Origin: Pachysolen tannophilus NRRL Y-2460
Lineage: Eukaryota
Assembly (NCBI GenBank): GCA_001661245.1
Contig: KV454013.1
Location: 1,396,502-1,460,501 of the forward strand
Direction of reading: 5' to 3'
DNA length: 64,000 bases
Part shown: piece by piece, positions 20,640 through 31,652 of the stretch
How positions within the stretch are numbered: position 1 is the stretch's first letter
How the letters are laid out: every line of letters begins with the position of its first letter
Notes under the pieces: generated by a model
Databases searched by the model: none
Told to the model about the DNA's origin: nothing
Seen by the model: only the letters and a program-made list of their open reading frames with translations
Made by a program: the position numbers and the translations under genes

Positions 20640-23048
20640 ATGCCCATGCCTGGTGGAAGGAAGGTACCTTTTTTCGATGCAGATCAACTAGTCAATTTTA
20701 ACGATGAACAAAGAGTTCTGCGTGTTACCAAAAAAAACAAATATCATTATAATTTTACTGATGTTGAATTGTTGGATAAAAATAATCAAGATAAAGATTC
20801 TAAAATGAAGTCATCTGTTAGTATTGAAAAAGAGAGAGAAAAAGCGGCAATCAAAAAATTACAACAAGATTTCTCTAATGGTAAAGAAGAAGAAGATGAT
20901 GAAGATGATGATGATGAGAATGAGGATTCAAATTTGAGTACAGGTTGGACTCAAGATAAGCATGCTTATGATAACGAGTTTCCTGAGATTAGAATTGCAC
21001 AAGAAATTGATCCAAGTGACCGGTTCTATAAACAATTGACAAATGATAAAGAGAAATTTTCTAAAAATAAGAGAAGAAGTAATATAATGAATTCATTGAA
21101 AAGTTCCTTAGTAGGATCAGATATAATAGAAACAAGAGTTAGTGATTCTCCGATAAGGCGTTCATCAAGAGTTATTAAATCCGTTTCTCCTTCTCCAGTG
21201 AATCAAAGGAAAAACAATCAAAAACCTTTGATTACAGAATCACCTTCTAAAAAGAAAATAAATTCAAAAAATATTTCATCTCTGAAAAATCATAATGGGA
21301 AATTAATTTCTACTGTTTCTAATAATTCAAAATCACCTGTATCTCAATTGAAGAGGAAACCTATAAGAGTGTTCAATGGAGCGAAGCAAAATTCAAAACT
21401 ATTTGAAGACACACAAACACTTGATAGTCAGGATATAGATGATATCATTTTGAACTCATCTCCAACAAAGAAGAATCGCTTATCATCCTCCTCTTCTTTA
21501 TCTTCATCAAGAATTGTACAAGATGATTTGTCAAGAAATGAGAAAAAAATTTTTTTCAAGAAGGACAAATTTTTAACCAAAGTACTTTTATCATCTGAAA
21601 ATTTCAAGAAATTTGTCCCACCTTCTGAACTAGATGTAGAATCTCTTAAAAATTCAATATTACCGAGATTATTAGGTCAAGCTCCTCCTTTAGAGTTATA
21701 TGGCTTGGAAGATCATTATCAGCAAATTCATAGATTGATTCAAAATAGTATCACCAATCATGAAGGTAATTCTCTTTTATTAATTGGGCCCTCGGGTTGT
21801 GGTAAGAGTACAACCATTAACAAAGTTATTGATGAATTGACAGCCAAATATCCGAAGCAGTTTATTACAGTAAGGCTTTCAGGATCTATACAAACTGATG
21901 AAAAACAGGCAATTAAATCAATAGCACAGCAAATCGATTCTGCTGTAAATAAAAAAAATGCTACATTTGATGATAGAAATATCAATAGAACTATGAAAAG
22001 TTTGTTAAAAGTATTAGACTATAGTGATTTACATGATTTCCAACAATCATATAAAGATTTAAGTGATGATGAGATTGATGGGAATGATAGTTCACGTCGT
22101 TCAAACATGGCTATCGTATTTATCATTGAAGATTTCCATAAATTTACTGAATATAAAAGACAATCATTACTTTATAATTTGTTTGATTTATCTCAAAATT
22201 CTACAACTCCAATATCAGTTATTGGAATAACAACAAATATAACTGCAAGAGAAATGTTAGAAAAAAGAGTAAAGTCACGGTTTTCACAAAAATTGATGAT
22301 GTTTAATAAACCTTTAATTGTAGATGATTTCATTGAACAATTTTTACAAAATATCTTGACAGATCCAGATGAACTTGGAAATTCTTTATATGCAGAAATA
22401 TTTAATGCTTACATGATTAAACTTTGTAAAGATAAAGATTCCGACTTGCACAAAAAATTAGTATCAAATTTTTATACAATTAAAAATTTTAAAGATTTAT
22501 TATCTTTATCCACGGTTCCGGTATCTTTATTAAATTCAGATAATCCTTTCCCAAATTTCGAGTATATATTAACAGAAAATCAAGAGCAATTACAAGACCA
22601 ACAAGAAGATTCGTACAACGCCGAATTGAAAAGGAAAATCTTGTCATTATCAGATTTAGAATTAACTATATTACTTGCATGTGCTAGATTAGTACTCAAG
22701 ATAGATGCTAACATTGTTAATTTCCATATGGCATATGAAGAATACTATAAATCGATGAAAATTTTACAAGAAGAAAGATATAGTTCTATGACGAATTTTG
22801 AAACTAGTACAGGTGTAATTGCAAATTTGAAAATATGGTCAAGAGATTTGACTAAAAAAGCATGGGAAACTTTACTCAAAACTGGATTAATTGTAGAACT
22901 GAGCAGCAATGGTCTCACAAATCATGATGATACTAGGAAAGGTAATCAAAATCAAGTTTTCAATTCATACAGCGTAGTTGTTTCATTAGAAGAATTGAAG
23001 AAATGTATGAGTCCACAAAACACATTGTATAATCTAACAAAATTGTGA
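20640..23048 (+). CDS. ORC4: Origin recognition complex subunit 4 with long N-terminal extension
   Basis: EGNSLLLIGPSGCGKST (Walker A), IVFIIEDF, RQSLLYNLFD, LEKRVKSRFSQ, SLSDLELTIL. First ATG at 20640. Confidence 0.92.
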   Translation: MPMPGGRKVPFFDADQLVNFNDEQRVLRVTKKNKYHYNFTDVELLDKNNQDKDSKMKSSVSIEKEREKAAIKKLQQDFSNGKEEEDDEDDDDENEDSNLSTGWTQDKHAYDNEFPEIRIAQEIDPSDRFYKQLTNDKEKFSKNKRRSNIMNSLKSSLVGSDIIETRVSDSPIRRSSRVIKSVSPSPVNQRKNNQKPLITESPSKKKINSKNISSLKNHNGKLISTVSNNSKSPVSQLKRKPIRVFNGAKQNSKLFEDTQTLDSQDIDDIILNSSPTKKNRLSSSSSLSSSRIVQDDLSRNEKKIFFKKDKFLTKVLLSSENFKKFVPPSELDVESLKNSILPRLLGQAPPLELYGLEDHYQQIHRLIQNSITNHEGNSLLLIGPSGCGKSTTINKVIDELTAKYPKQFITVRLSGSIQTDEKQAIKSIAQQIDSAVNKKNATFDDRNINRTMKSLLKVLDYSDLHDFQQSYKDLSDDEIDGNDSSRRSNMAIVFIIEDFHKFTEYKRQSLLYNLFDLSQNSTTPISVIGITTNITAREMLEKRVKSRFSQKLMMFNKPLIVDDFIEQFLQNILTDPDELGNSLYAEIFNAYMIKLCKDKDSDLHKKLVSNFYTIKNFKDLLSLSTVPVSLLNSDNPFPNFEYILTENQEQLQDQQEDSYNAELKRKILSLSDLELTILLACARLVLKIDANIVNFHMAYEEYYKSMKILQEERYSSMTNFETSTGVIANLKIWSRDLTKKAWETLLKTGLIVELSSNGLTNHDDTRKGNQNQVFNSYSVVVSLEELKKCMSPQNTLYNLTKL

Positions 23049-23763
23049 ATTATTTTAACTATATAGAAAAAGAGCAAAAGAAACTTTCTTTCAAACAATG
23101 AAATTACTAGCTATCACAAAAATTGCTCTATGATGCAATCAATACCTTGTAGCCATTCAACTGAAAATCAATATCTTTTATCAGTCATCATTAACCAAAA
23201 AAAAAAAAAAAAAAAAAAAGTAGAAAAATTTCGGATCTGCCCGAAAGCTGCAAATTTACCTAATGTAACATAAGTAAATCGATGATGCATATTCGTTTGT
23301 AGCTAAAAGAATAGCTAAAAGAATACCAGAAATATAGGTTTTAGAAGAACTCCACATGTGCCTTTTCAAATAGTAAAGTAGACTAAAGGAAAGAATGAGA
23401 GGTTATGGGCATAAATAGTTGTATATTGAAGGTGTCCGTGTAGAATTTCACATCAAATCTTTATGTCCTCTTATGTGTTTTTTCTAGCTCATCGAATGTA
23501 CTTCATGAATCTGCAGCAAAATTGAACGGACTTATTCGTTAGGTATGCCTTACCTGCAGCTACAGAAAAGAGATATCGGGTCTCCGAATTATGAATATCG
23601 TTCTTTGTGATTCCCATATATAAATGTATATATATATGTGTGTATGTGTATGTGTGGGTGGGTAATACTTTGTGTTTGGTGAATGATAATTTTTCATCTA
23701 TAACAATATTTAATACCGCTTTAGATAACTCAGATTGAAAGAGATTATTTTCTGAATTATTGA

Positions 23764-25791
23764 ATGTTATCATACAAAGTTAACAATAGTGAGATGCAGA
23801 AAGGCGAAATCAGACTTGAGGATGAAGTTTATGACTTCAAACCAAAACATCGGGGTCTTCCTGTTTGGTTTAAAAGTTTTTTAACTTTAGTAACCTACTT
23901 TACTTTAATTTCATTTTGTCAACCTTTGAGAAATGTTTTACCACAGCAAGTTGTTGAATTTACAGATAGTTTCAACCCGATGATGTTACTCGCATCCACT
24001 GGTGCAGGTTCTTCTGTTGATGCTGTTCCAACTCAAGTTTTCGAAGTTAAACCTAATGTTATAATTTCTCTGTCTTCATATGTCGTTTCTAGCAACTTGT
24101 TGAATGAGACTGCGTTGATTCCTGAAAATTCAGATATTGTTGTTGATTACTCTGCCCCTGAGATTTTTAACTTTACAGGTGCTTCACTTGGTTTGAATTT
24201 TTCAACTGAAGGTACACAGGAACCAATTGTTGCTGAAATTTATGTTGATGAACATCCAATTTGGAGAACTTCAACTCCAAATCCCTTAGGTGCTGAGGCA
24301 AATTCATCAATCGTCAAGAATATCACCGATTTCTTATCTTTGTTTACAAAAGATCGTTCTATTTATTTTAAAATTATAGATGGTGAGATTACTGGAAATG
24401 TTAATGTCTCAATAAATGCTACTTTTTACAATGACACATCATCGGTATCTTCAATTGACCCTACTACACCAATTGATATTGCTTCAATCTTTGAAGCACA
24501 AGGTCCTGCTGATATTGTTATTCCATTGTCAAATAAAGGTAGACCTTTCCAATTGCCAAAGGACAAATTTTCAGTCTTAGTTCCTCAATTAGCACAAAAT
24601 GTCACAGTTGCTAAATTGGCTTTATTCGCTTCAGCGAATGAAGATGAAACTAGATGGTTTTCAAACCCAATTTCAAACATCCCGGAAACTGCAGATGCTA
24701 TTGGTCCAATTAGAATATTAAATGTTTATGTCGATTCTATTTTCATTACTTCAATTGCACCAAATCCAGTCTTGTTAACTGCTAACAAGATCGGCGATAA
24801 AGTTGATGCAGCACCTGCTTGGTCTCCAATCGCCGCACCAGGTGCCTTTGATGCTTTGAGTTACCAAGTTGATTTGCTTTCTGTATTGCCCTTATTTTGG
24901 AGCGGTGCTACAACGATCGACATTGAAGTTGTTAGTCCAGTAAAGACTTCAACTATTGGTCTTCCTCCATCTCCAGAAAAACCAGTCTCCCCACCAGGTG
25001 TTGATCAAATTCCAACCTCTAAGTGGGATTTATCTGCTAATTTACTTGCTTGGCAATCTGATTCTGTCAATTCTTCGATTGGTGATCTCTTCTCAGCAAA
25101 TTCATCAGTTCAAGGCACCGGTATCTTGATTGCTCCTCCAAAAGGTGGTCTTAAGAACCAAATTGTCAGATCAACTATTTCATCTAATTTAAGTTCACAG
25201 TTAAACTTTACACTTGTTGATGGTACTACCCATAATTTAACTGCAGTATTTAACTCATCGAATAAGGCTATTTCAATTTTAAATTCAAAATTAGCTGGTG
25301 CTTCTAATTCTTTAACTTCAATTGGTACCAGTAAGACAAATATTGAAATTAGTGATTTATCAGACCCACTTGCTAAACCTTTATTTGAATATAAGCTTAA
25401 ATATGCTTACCCATTGATCATCAAGGAAGTTGAGAAAACTACTATACCTTTTGGCCCTAAGCTCAGTAGTAGCTTGAACATTTCAACTTCCATTTCAATC
25501 AATGAAAAAATTAATGCTGTAAGCACAATATTAGAAAGCAGGAAATTTAATGCTTCAATTGATGATACTTCAGTTTTAACAGATGCAGATGTCAAGGAAT
25601 TAGGTACAAATCTTCCAACTCCATTTTCTAGAAAAGTAGAGGCTCAGGACGGCTCAGTAGTCAAAGATTCTGCTGATCCATCCTTAGATATAGAGACCAA
25701 CGATGAAGATGTTGTTGTAAATGATAATGCGTTTGAACTTATTGAGCAACTCGAAATTTTATCACAAGCTGCTATGGATGAGTTTTGGTAA
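23764..25791 (+). CDS. Peptide-N-glycanase A (PNGase A) family-like protein, divergent, with N-terminal membrane anchor
   Basis: IWRTSTPNP, LFASANEDETRWFSN, GPIRILNVYVD and WSPIAAPGAFDALSYQVDL occur in the order of the PNGase A motifs. Many N-glycosylation sequons. Confidence 0.72.
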   Translation: MLSYKVNNSEMQKGEIRLEDEVYDFKPKHRGLPVWFKSFLTLVTYFTLISFCQPLRNVLPQQVVEFTDSFNPMMLLASTGAGSSVDAVPTQVFEVKPNVIISLSSYVVSSNLLNETALIPENSDIVVDYSAPEIFNFTGASLGLNFSTEGTQEPIVAEIYVDEHPIWRTSTPNPLGAEANSSIVKNITDFLSLFTKDRSIYFKIIDGEITGNVNVSINATFYNDTSSVSSIDPTTPIDIASIFEAQGPADIVIPLSNKGRPFQLPKDKFSVLVPQLAQNVTVAKLALFASANEDETRWFSNPISNIPETADAIGPIRILNVYVDSIFITSIAPNPVLLTANKIGDKVDAAPAWSPIAAPGAFDALSYQVDLLSVLPLFWSGATTIDIEVVSPVKTSTIGLPPSPEKPVSPPGVDQIPTSKWDLSANLLAWQSDSVNSSIGDLFSANSSVQGTGILIAPPKGGLKNQIVRSTISSNLSSQLNFTLVDGTTHNLTAVFNSSNKAISILNSKLAGASNSLTSIGTSKTNIEISDLSDPLAKPLFEYKLKYAYPLIIKEVEKTTIPFGPKLSSSLNISTSISINEKINAVSTILESRKFNASIDDTSVLTDADVKELGTNLPTPFSRKVEAQDGSVVKDSADPSLDIETNDEDVVVNDNAFELIEQLEILSQAAMDEFW

Positions 25792-26297
25792 ATGTTTTCT
25801 GTTGTTACATTACATATAAAAAGTTTTTGTGTTATCTTTATGAGAGTTTTATTTTAAATTATCTGTGTTTTCTGTTCTTTTATACCTCTAACTGTATGAC
25901 TTTCTTTTAATTATTATTTGTTTCTTTATCTATTGGATAATCCGTACTTTCATTGTAGTTTCCATATATCTGTAATTGCTTCATCTCGTTAAACGAATGT
26001 GGATTGTAGAAATTATACATCAGAATATAATGGAATTTCCTAATTCAAAATTTAATGCCATCAGTCCTTATCTATTAAATAAAATTGAAAATAAATAATT
26101 TTATTTTCTAATATACAAGTATCCAGATATTTTAACAACAGAGCAATCAAACAAATTGGATATAAGAAAACCTGAATTCTTAGTTACAACCACATAGAAT
26201 GATAGGTACAGAATCTATTTCTATAAAATTAAGCAGCTATTATTTTCGGAAATTTGTCTTCTATTTTCTTTATTTGACTACTTTCTTGCATTGGAAA

Positions 26298-28544
26298 CTA
26301 AAGAAACTTCCAAATATCATTAATGAAAGAGCTTTCATTCCAACAATCCTCAAAATTGAAATCTGTTTCTAATTTATTCATTTCCAAAAGAGTTGAAATA
26401 TCATCGAAGTAAGAAGGTGCAATAGAAAATTCATCAGAAGATGGGGAAAAACTATTAATGGTAAGATTCGGATCATCAAAAACATCATAGTTAACCAAAA
26501 ATTTTTTGTCATTAATGTGATAATCACTGTTATTAATATCGCTAGAGTCGTGGTCATCTTTTGCCAAACTATTATTGAAATATTTCATCATACATATCAT
26601 TATGAAAATGCCATAATCATCATATTTTAAAATGGATGCTTTATTTTCCAGCTTTGAGCCATTTTGAATTGTAATAATTTTATTTATCACTTTTGTCAGC
26701 ATAAATCTAAAAAATTTAGGATTATAAAACATTGCTTTGAGAGAATGACTTATGTTAAAGTCATCATTGGTACTTTCTTGTAATTCAGACAAGTTAAGAA
26801 TTAACACATCAGTGGTAGACTTTGGAATTGTCTTTTTAGTTTTATCAATCTGGGAAGATATATAAAACAAGGAAAACAAAACCATTTGTCCTCTAATAAG
26901 ACTTGTTTTCGTTGCACCAATAACAAACGCCATCACTTGATCTAAAACTGACAGCAGAAGAATGCATTTCTGCTTCATCATTTCGACTGATTGCATAACT
27001 TCAACAGAAGCTATTGAAAGTAATAACGAATACTTCGCAGTCAAAAGATATGAATTTGATTCTACTTGTTCGTTATTTCCATTACCGAAACGGTAGATAA
27101 TCATATATAACTGTTGAATTATGTTTAAAAATGGAAGCATCAAAGAAATTGTTTTGCATATTTCAAATGTTTCTGAAGTGCTTTCATGACGCAATTTATT
27201 AATCAAAGTGAAAATGGGTTCAAAATTCTCCGATAAGAAATTTTTAACACTTTGAATAATTTCAAAAACTTCGAAATCAGTTATGGAACTTTTAGTTAAC
27301 TTGGTCAGAATACCACGTAAATAAAAAGTTGTCTTTGTATCTATTTCAGTAAAATCAGCATTACCCATATAAAAATTATCATCAGCTATATGTAACGGTA
27401 CCCCTAAATCTAAAGAGTTAACAGCATCGTAATATAACACCACTTTCCACAATTGTTTTAATGATGTTTTATAACTTTGTGTTTCAGATGCATATAATAA
27501 ATCTATATCTTGATGTAAACCTAGAGTGATTGCCATTTCAAAACAAAGTCCAAATAACACAGAACCATTTGAGTTATCACCTCCATCTCCATCTTTAACA
27601 TTGAATTTTTTTAAAAGTCTTAATAAGAATACGCATTGTAAGGTGGGGACTGTAATTCTTTCCAAGAATCTTGCCTTTAACAATAAATGATGAATACAGC
27701 CAAATAATACTTCGTCACTATCATCAAATTCATCTTTTTCAGAAAAAGTTCTTTGAAATTTTGAACAAAGAACATATTTTAAAACCACCAATACAAGAGC
27801 AATTCTTGCAAAATCTGATGATTTGAATGAGATTAAAAATTTGATCTTTGAAGGATTATTTTCATCAACAACAAATATTCTTTTGAAATCATTCATAAAT
27901 ACTTCTTTATCCAACACAGGAAAAATTTTGAACCATACTCCGTCAAAGAATTCATTAATATATTTTTCAATGACTTCGTACTTTGGAAGATAGTTGCTCA
28001 AAATCTGTAAAAGATTATTCGAATCCAAGTCCAGCATGATTTGTAAATGTGATGACTTGAACTTGTCTTTCTTCCATTCATTCCTAAGCGCTTTAATTGC
28101 AGATTTAAGCATAGAAAATTGTTTTGACTCTTCATTACCGTAGCTTTGAAGTGCTCTTACTGATGTTAACCCAAAAAACACAGTCCTATTAGTTTTCTTA
28201 AAAATAAATTGAAATTGACTTGACTGGATTCTTTTCTCTACTTTTGGTCCAATGTTAGAATCTGCCGTCACTGCTTTCTCTTGAAGATATTTAATTTGTT
28301 TCTTCAAATTTTCATTCTCCTGATTTAAAATTTCATTCTTTTGACTCAAATTCTCAGACATGAAGGGTGAAGGTTCATATTGGCAATCTGGAATTCTTTG
28401 ATTGATACAAGAATTACAAATGGGCTTCGTCTGATCGCATTTCACCTTTCTAGCTCTACAATTCGAACAGGACCGAATAACTCTTCTTCTTTTCCTCAGC
28501 CCGGAACTATTAGCAGCAAAATTATCAACCGTTAAAATATTCAT
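26298..28544 (-). CDS. Zn(II)2Cys6 transcription factor (Yrr1/Pdr8-like) with fungal middle-homology domain
   Basis: RRRVIRSCSNCRARKVKCDQTKPICNSCINQRIPDC, a coiled coil, then MAITLGLHQD and KQLWKVVLYYD. First ATG at 28544. Confidence 0.88.
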   Translation of the reverse strand: MNILTVDNFAANSSGLRKRRRVIRSCSNCRARKVKCDQTKPICNSCINQRIPDCQYEPSPFMSENLSQKNEILNQENENLKKQIKYLQEKAVTADSNIGPKVEKRIQSSQFQFIFKKTNRTVFFGLTSVRALQSYGNEESKQFSMLKSAIKALRNEWKKDKFKSSHLQIMLDLDSNNLLQILSNYLPKYEVIEKYINEFFDGVWFKIFPVLDKEVFMNDFKRIFVVDENNPSKIKFLISFKSSDFARIALVLVVLKYVLCSKFQRTFSEKDEFDDSDEVLFGCIHHLLLKARFLERITVPTLQCVFLLRLLKKFNVKDGDGGDNSNGSVLFGLCFEMAITLGLHQDIDLLYASETQSYKTSLKQLWKVVLYYDAVNSLDLGVPLHIADDNFYMGNADFTEIDTKTTFYLRGILTKLTKSSITDFEVFEIIQSVKNFLSENFEPIFTLINKLRHESTSETFEICKTISLMLPFLNIIQQLYMIIYRFGNGNNEQVESNSYLLTAKYSLLLSIASVEVMQSVEMMKQKCILLLSVLDQVMAFVIGATKTSLIRGQMVLFSLFYISSQIDKTKKTIPKSTTDVLILNLSELQESTNDDFNISHSLKAMFYNPKFFRFMLTKVINKIITIQNGSKLENKASILKYDDYGIFIMICMMKYFNNSLAKDDHDSSDINNSDYHINDKKFLVNYDVFDDPNLTINSFSPSSDEFSIAPSYFDDISTLLEMNKLETDFNFEDCWNESSFINDIWKFL

Positions 28545-28934
28545 TCCAATCACCAACCCAACTCAAACACAAGCTTTAACCTAATCTCAATCAATCAATC
28601 AACCAACAATCCAAGTATTCTGATCAATTAATTTTTTTAAAATGATGTTCCTGAAAAGAAATATAGACATCTTTTAAATGTACGGCTGTTTTCGGCCGAA
28701 AGTTCCCAAAAAAGACATTCTTTGGGAATTTGCAATTGATTGAGTTATAAAACGAAGTAGAAATTAAATTGAAAGAAACTAGATGATATATAAGAGTTAG
28801 GACAAGGTCAACTCATTTGTTACTATCAGAGTTGTTAGTCAATTGTGTTATTATCAAGTGAATTTTATAAATTATTTGTTTTTTAAGAGTGTATATTTAG
28901 GGATTTCCTATTTATCAACTACATCAACTCTAAT

Positions 28935-31295
28935 CTACTCTGTTATTTTCCAAGTTGGAAGCCAGTTCAAGTATTTATACTCTGTATGTGGCTTGTCCAT
29001 ACCGAATGAGATTGGACTAAAGTAAATAAATGTCCCAACAACGGCAATATAAAATACAACATAAGAGGCACCGATTAAGATTTGATTTCTTAACAAATCT
29101 GTGGTCCTTTGGAAGACGTAGCAACATACAATCATTGCAAAATAAAGGGCAGGCAAATAATGATGAACGTATGTGACTCTTGACATGATAACAAATGGAA
29201 GGAAATGGATGAACCAACCAAGGAATGGATATACACCTCCCATTAAAAATAAGTTTTCTTCATTTTGAGAATGGAAAATAGGAACTTGACGTTGATATTT
29301 GATCAAATTAACAACAACTAGTAATGAAAACAGTAGCACCAGTACAGTGGAAGTCCAAGTAGTGGCAGGCGAACCCATCAAGTAATATTTGATAGTGTCA
29401 TCGGCCCAGCTACATAACCTGATACCAACGTGTAATGTTGGCCATTCCCATGCTTTTGAAGCCAAGTTATCTAATTTATCTGGGTCTGGAACTAACGCGT
29501 TATTAGTAGCCATCATTGCTAAATTAAGTTGAATAAAATCTTTTAAAAAATTTGTTCTTGGAAGTTTAAAATCTTCTGGAGGAGCTGGCAAATTTGGATT
29601 TGTATGATCTTCAACATTCCACCAAGTTCTTTTGTCTCTTCTGAAAGGATTATCTACACATACAACCTCACCTTGCCTAAAACCCCATGCTGGTAAAATA
29701 TTTCCCGTGGTACTTAAGTAACAACCAAGAACTTTTGATTTTAATCTGAAAGATGTTGTCAATGGATGTAATCTTTTCTTATCTTCTTTACCGTATTGAT
29801 CAACAATTTCAACAATCCAATCATCCTTTTCATCTCCAATAGTTTCATTACCATAACAACTAACTTCCCAACCGCTTTTAGAAACAGGTGGTTTTAAGAA
29901 ATGAGTATGTAAATTTCTTCCAGTCATAACATGTTGTACTCTTACAGTGGAACCTTCAAGAATATATGCCAATTCATCGTTTAAATCAGATCTATCAGTG
30001 GTTCTTCCAAATTCAAATTTCCAATCATTGTTACTATCCTTATGTGAATAAGTAGTAACTTGTTGTTGAAGTGAACCATATGGATAACCTTGAACATGAG
30101 AATGTAACAAACCACCACCTAAACCTTGATTTTTAATTGTGAGTATAGAAGAATCGGTAACAATTTCTCTTGGTCCACCACCAACTTCTGAACCAATCAA
30201 ATTAGCTTGAAACAACGAAGACATGTTTGCATCTCCAGAACCTGTTCCATAAAGTAAATCAAAATGAATCTTAAAAGAGATCAAGAAAACACCAAATGGA
30301 ACCAAGATTAAAGCTGCAATTCTAGCTAACCAGTGTTGAGCATATTTTTGATAGGATAAATTTCTATCACCAAACATTATCCATAATTCAACAATTGTAT
30401 AAACACCAACTACCGAAGTAATAAACAAACCAACCATTTTAACGGAACATACACAACCCAAGTTGATACCAGTTAATAATATCCATTTCCACCATTTTCT
30501 AGAAAACAGATTACCTGGTTTTTTATTCTCATTATGAAATTTAATAAAACAGTAAAAAGAAGTAACGGTGAAAAATAATAACAATGAATCCAAAAGAATA
30601 AATTTACCTAATGTAACAAATGAACTTTCAAATAACACCATTAAAGTAAATAACCAAGTTGATTTTCTATTAAATCCAATTTCCTTCATGGTAAAATATG
30701 CCAATGGAACACACAAGGCACTGAAAATAGCATGGAAGATTCTCATCTTCACATAATCAATGTAATCTGGGTAAGTTTCTCCTGATGGGAAATCCCATGA
30801 ACCGTTATAACCTGCCAAGTAACCTGAAAATCCAATCAACATTTTCAGCAAAGGAGGATGAACATCATGGTAAAAAGAATGGTTCAAATAATACGAACCA
30901 AATTTTCCAAAATGAGCTTCATCCCAAACAACTTTATTATTTGCTCCAATCTTGTATAATCTTGTAAATAATGCTACAGCAGTGAAAGCTATTGGCAGTG
31001 CAATCGATTCAAATTTATACCAACAATTGCACAATTCAGCATTGGTGTCAAATGTCACGTCACTCAAATTGTCTATTTGTTTAAGCTTATCTTTGACTTC
31101 AAGATCGGTAATCACCTCTTCTTCTTCTTCTTCTTCTTCTTCTTCATTATCATCATCTTCTTCCTCGTCATCATCTTCCTCGCCAATACCAGCTTTTATA
31201 TCTTTATTGTTTAGTACATCGTCATCAGAATATAATGCATCCACCTCGTGAGCCTTCGGTTTCTTATTCGCTGACCTCAATCTTCTTTGTGGCAT
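28935..31295 (-). CDS. PMT2: Dolichyl-phosphate-mannose:protein O-mannosyltransferase, Pmt2 subfamily
   Basis: [26 protein letters not shown] domains [28 protein letters not shown]. Confidence 0.95.
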   Translation of the reverse strand: MPQRRLRSANKKPKAHEVDALYSDDDVLNNKDIKAGIGEEDDDEEEDDDNEEEEEEEEEEVITDLEVKDKLKQIDNLSDVTFDTNAELCNCWYKFESIALPIAFTAVALFTRLYKIGANNKVVWDEAHFGKFGSYYLNHSFYHDVHPPLLKMLIGFSGYLAGYNGSWDFPSGETYPDYIDYVKMRIFHAIFSALCVPLAYFTMKEIGFNRKSTWLFTLMVLFESSFVTLGKFILLDSLLLFFTVTSFYCFIKFHNENKKPGNLFSRKWWKWILLTGINLGCVCSVKMVGLFITSVVGVYTIVELWIMFGDRNLSYQKYAQHWLARIAALILVPFGVFLISFKIHFDLLYGTGSGDANMSSLFQANLIGSEVGGGPREIVTDSSILTIKNQGLGGGLLHSHVQGYPYGSLQQQVTTYSHKDSNNDWKFEFGRTTDRSDLNDELAYILEGSTVRVQHVMTGRNLHTHFLKPPVSKSGWEVSCYGNETIGDEKDDWIVEIVDQYGKEDKKRLHPLTTSFRLKSKVLGCYLSTTGNILPAWGFRQGEVVCVDNPFRRDKRTWWNVEDHTNPNLPAPPEDFKLPRTNFLKDFIQLNLAMMATNNALVPDPDKLDNLASKAWEWPTLHVGIRLCSWADDTIKYYLMGSPATTWTSTVLVLLFSLLVVVNLIKYQRQVPIFHSQNEENLFLMGGVYPFLGWFIHFLPFVIMSRVTYVHHYLPALYFAMIVCCYVFQRTTDLLRNQILIGASYVVFYIAVVGTFIYFSPISFGMDKPHTEYKYLNWLPTWKITE

Positions 31296-31652
31296 CTCTA
31301 AATAAATTTAAAATATATCCAAAACAACAAGAGAACCACCTAGAACACAAATCAATCTCACAACGTTTATATAGAAAAGTATTCACTAGGTACTCTTGAT
31401 TATAATAATAAACATTGGACAGCTGAATTCCTCTGTTTTCACTGACACGTTGATTTTTTCTTTTTCACCTTTAAGCTTGATACAAATTGCACTACCACAA
31501 GTTTTGTATGGAAGATAACTACAACACCGACGACAACGGTGAATAGGATGGTGAAGATAGCGGATGAAGATGGTAGATAAAGACGGTGGATATAAGATTA
31601 TATTAGTATACAAAGTGAAAAAAAAAAAGTTAAAAGAGTGTATAAGCAAGTT

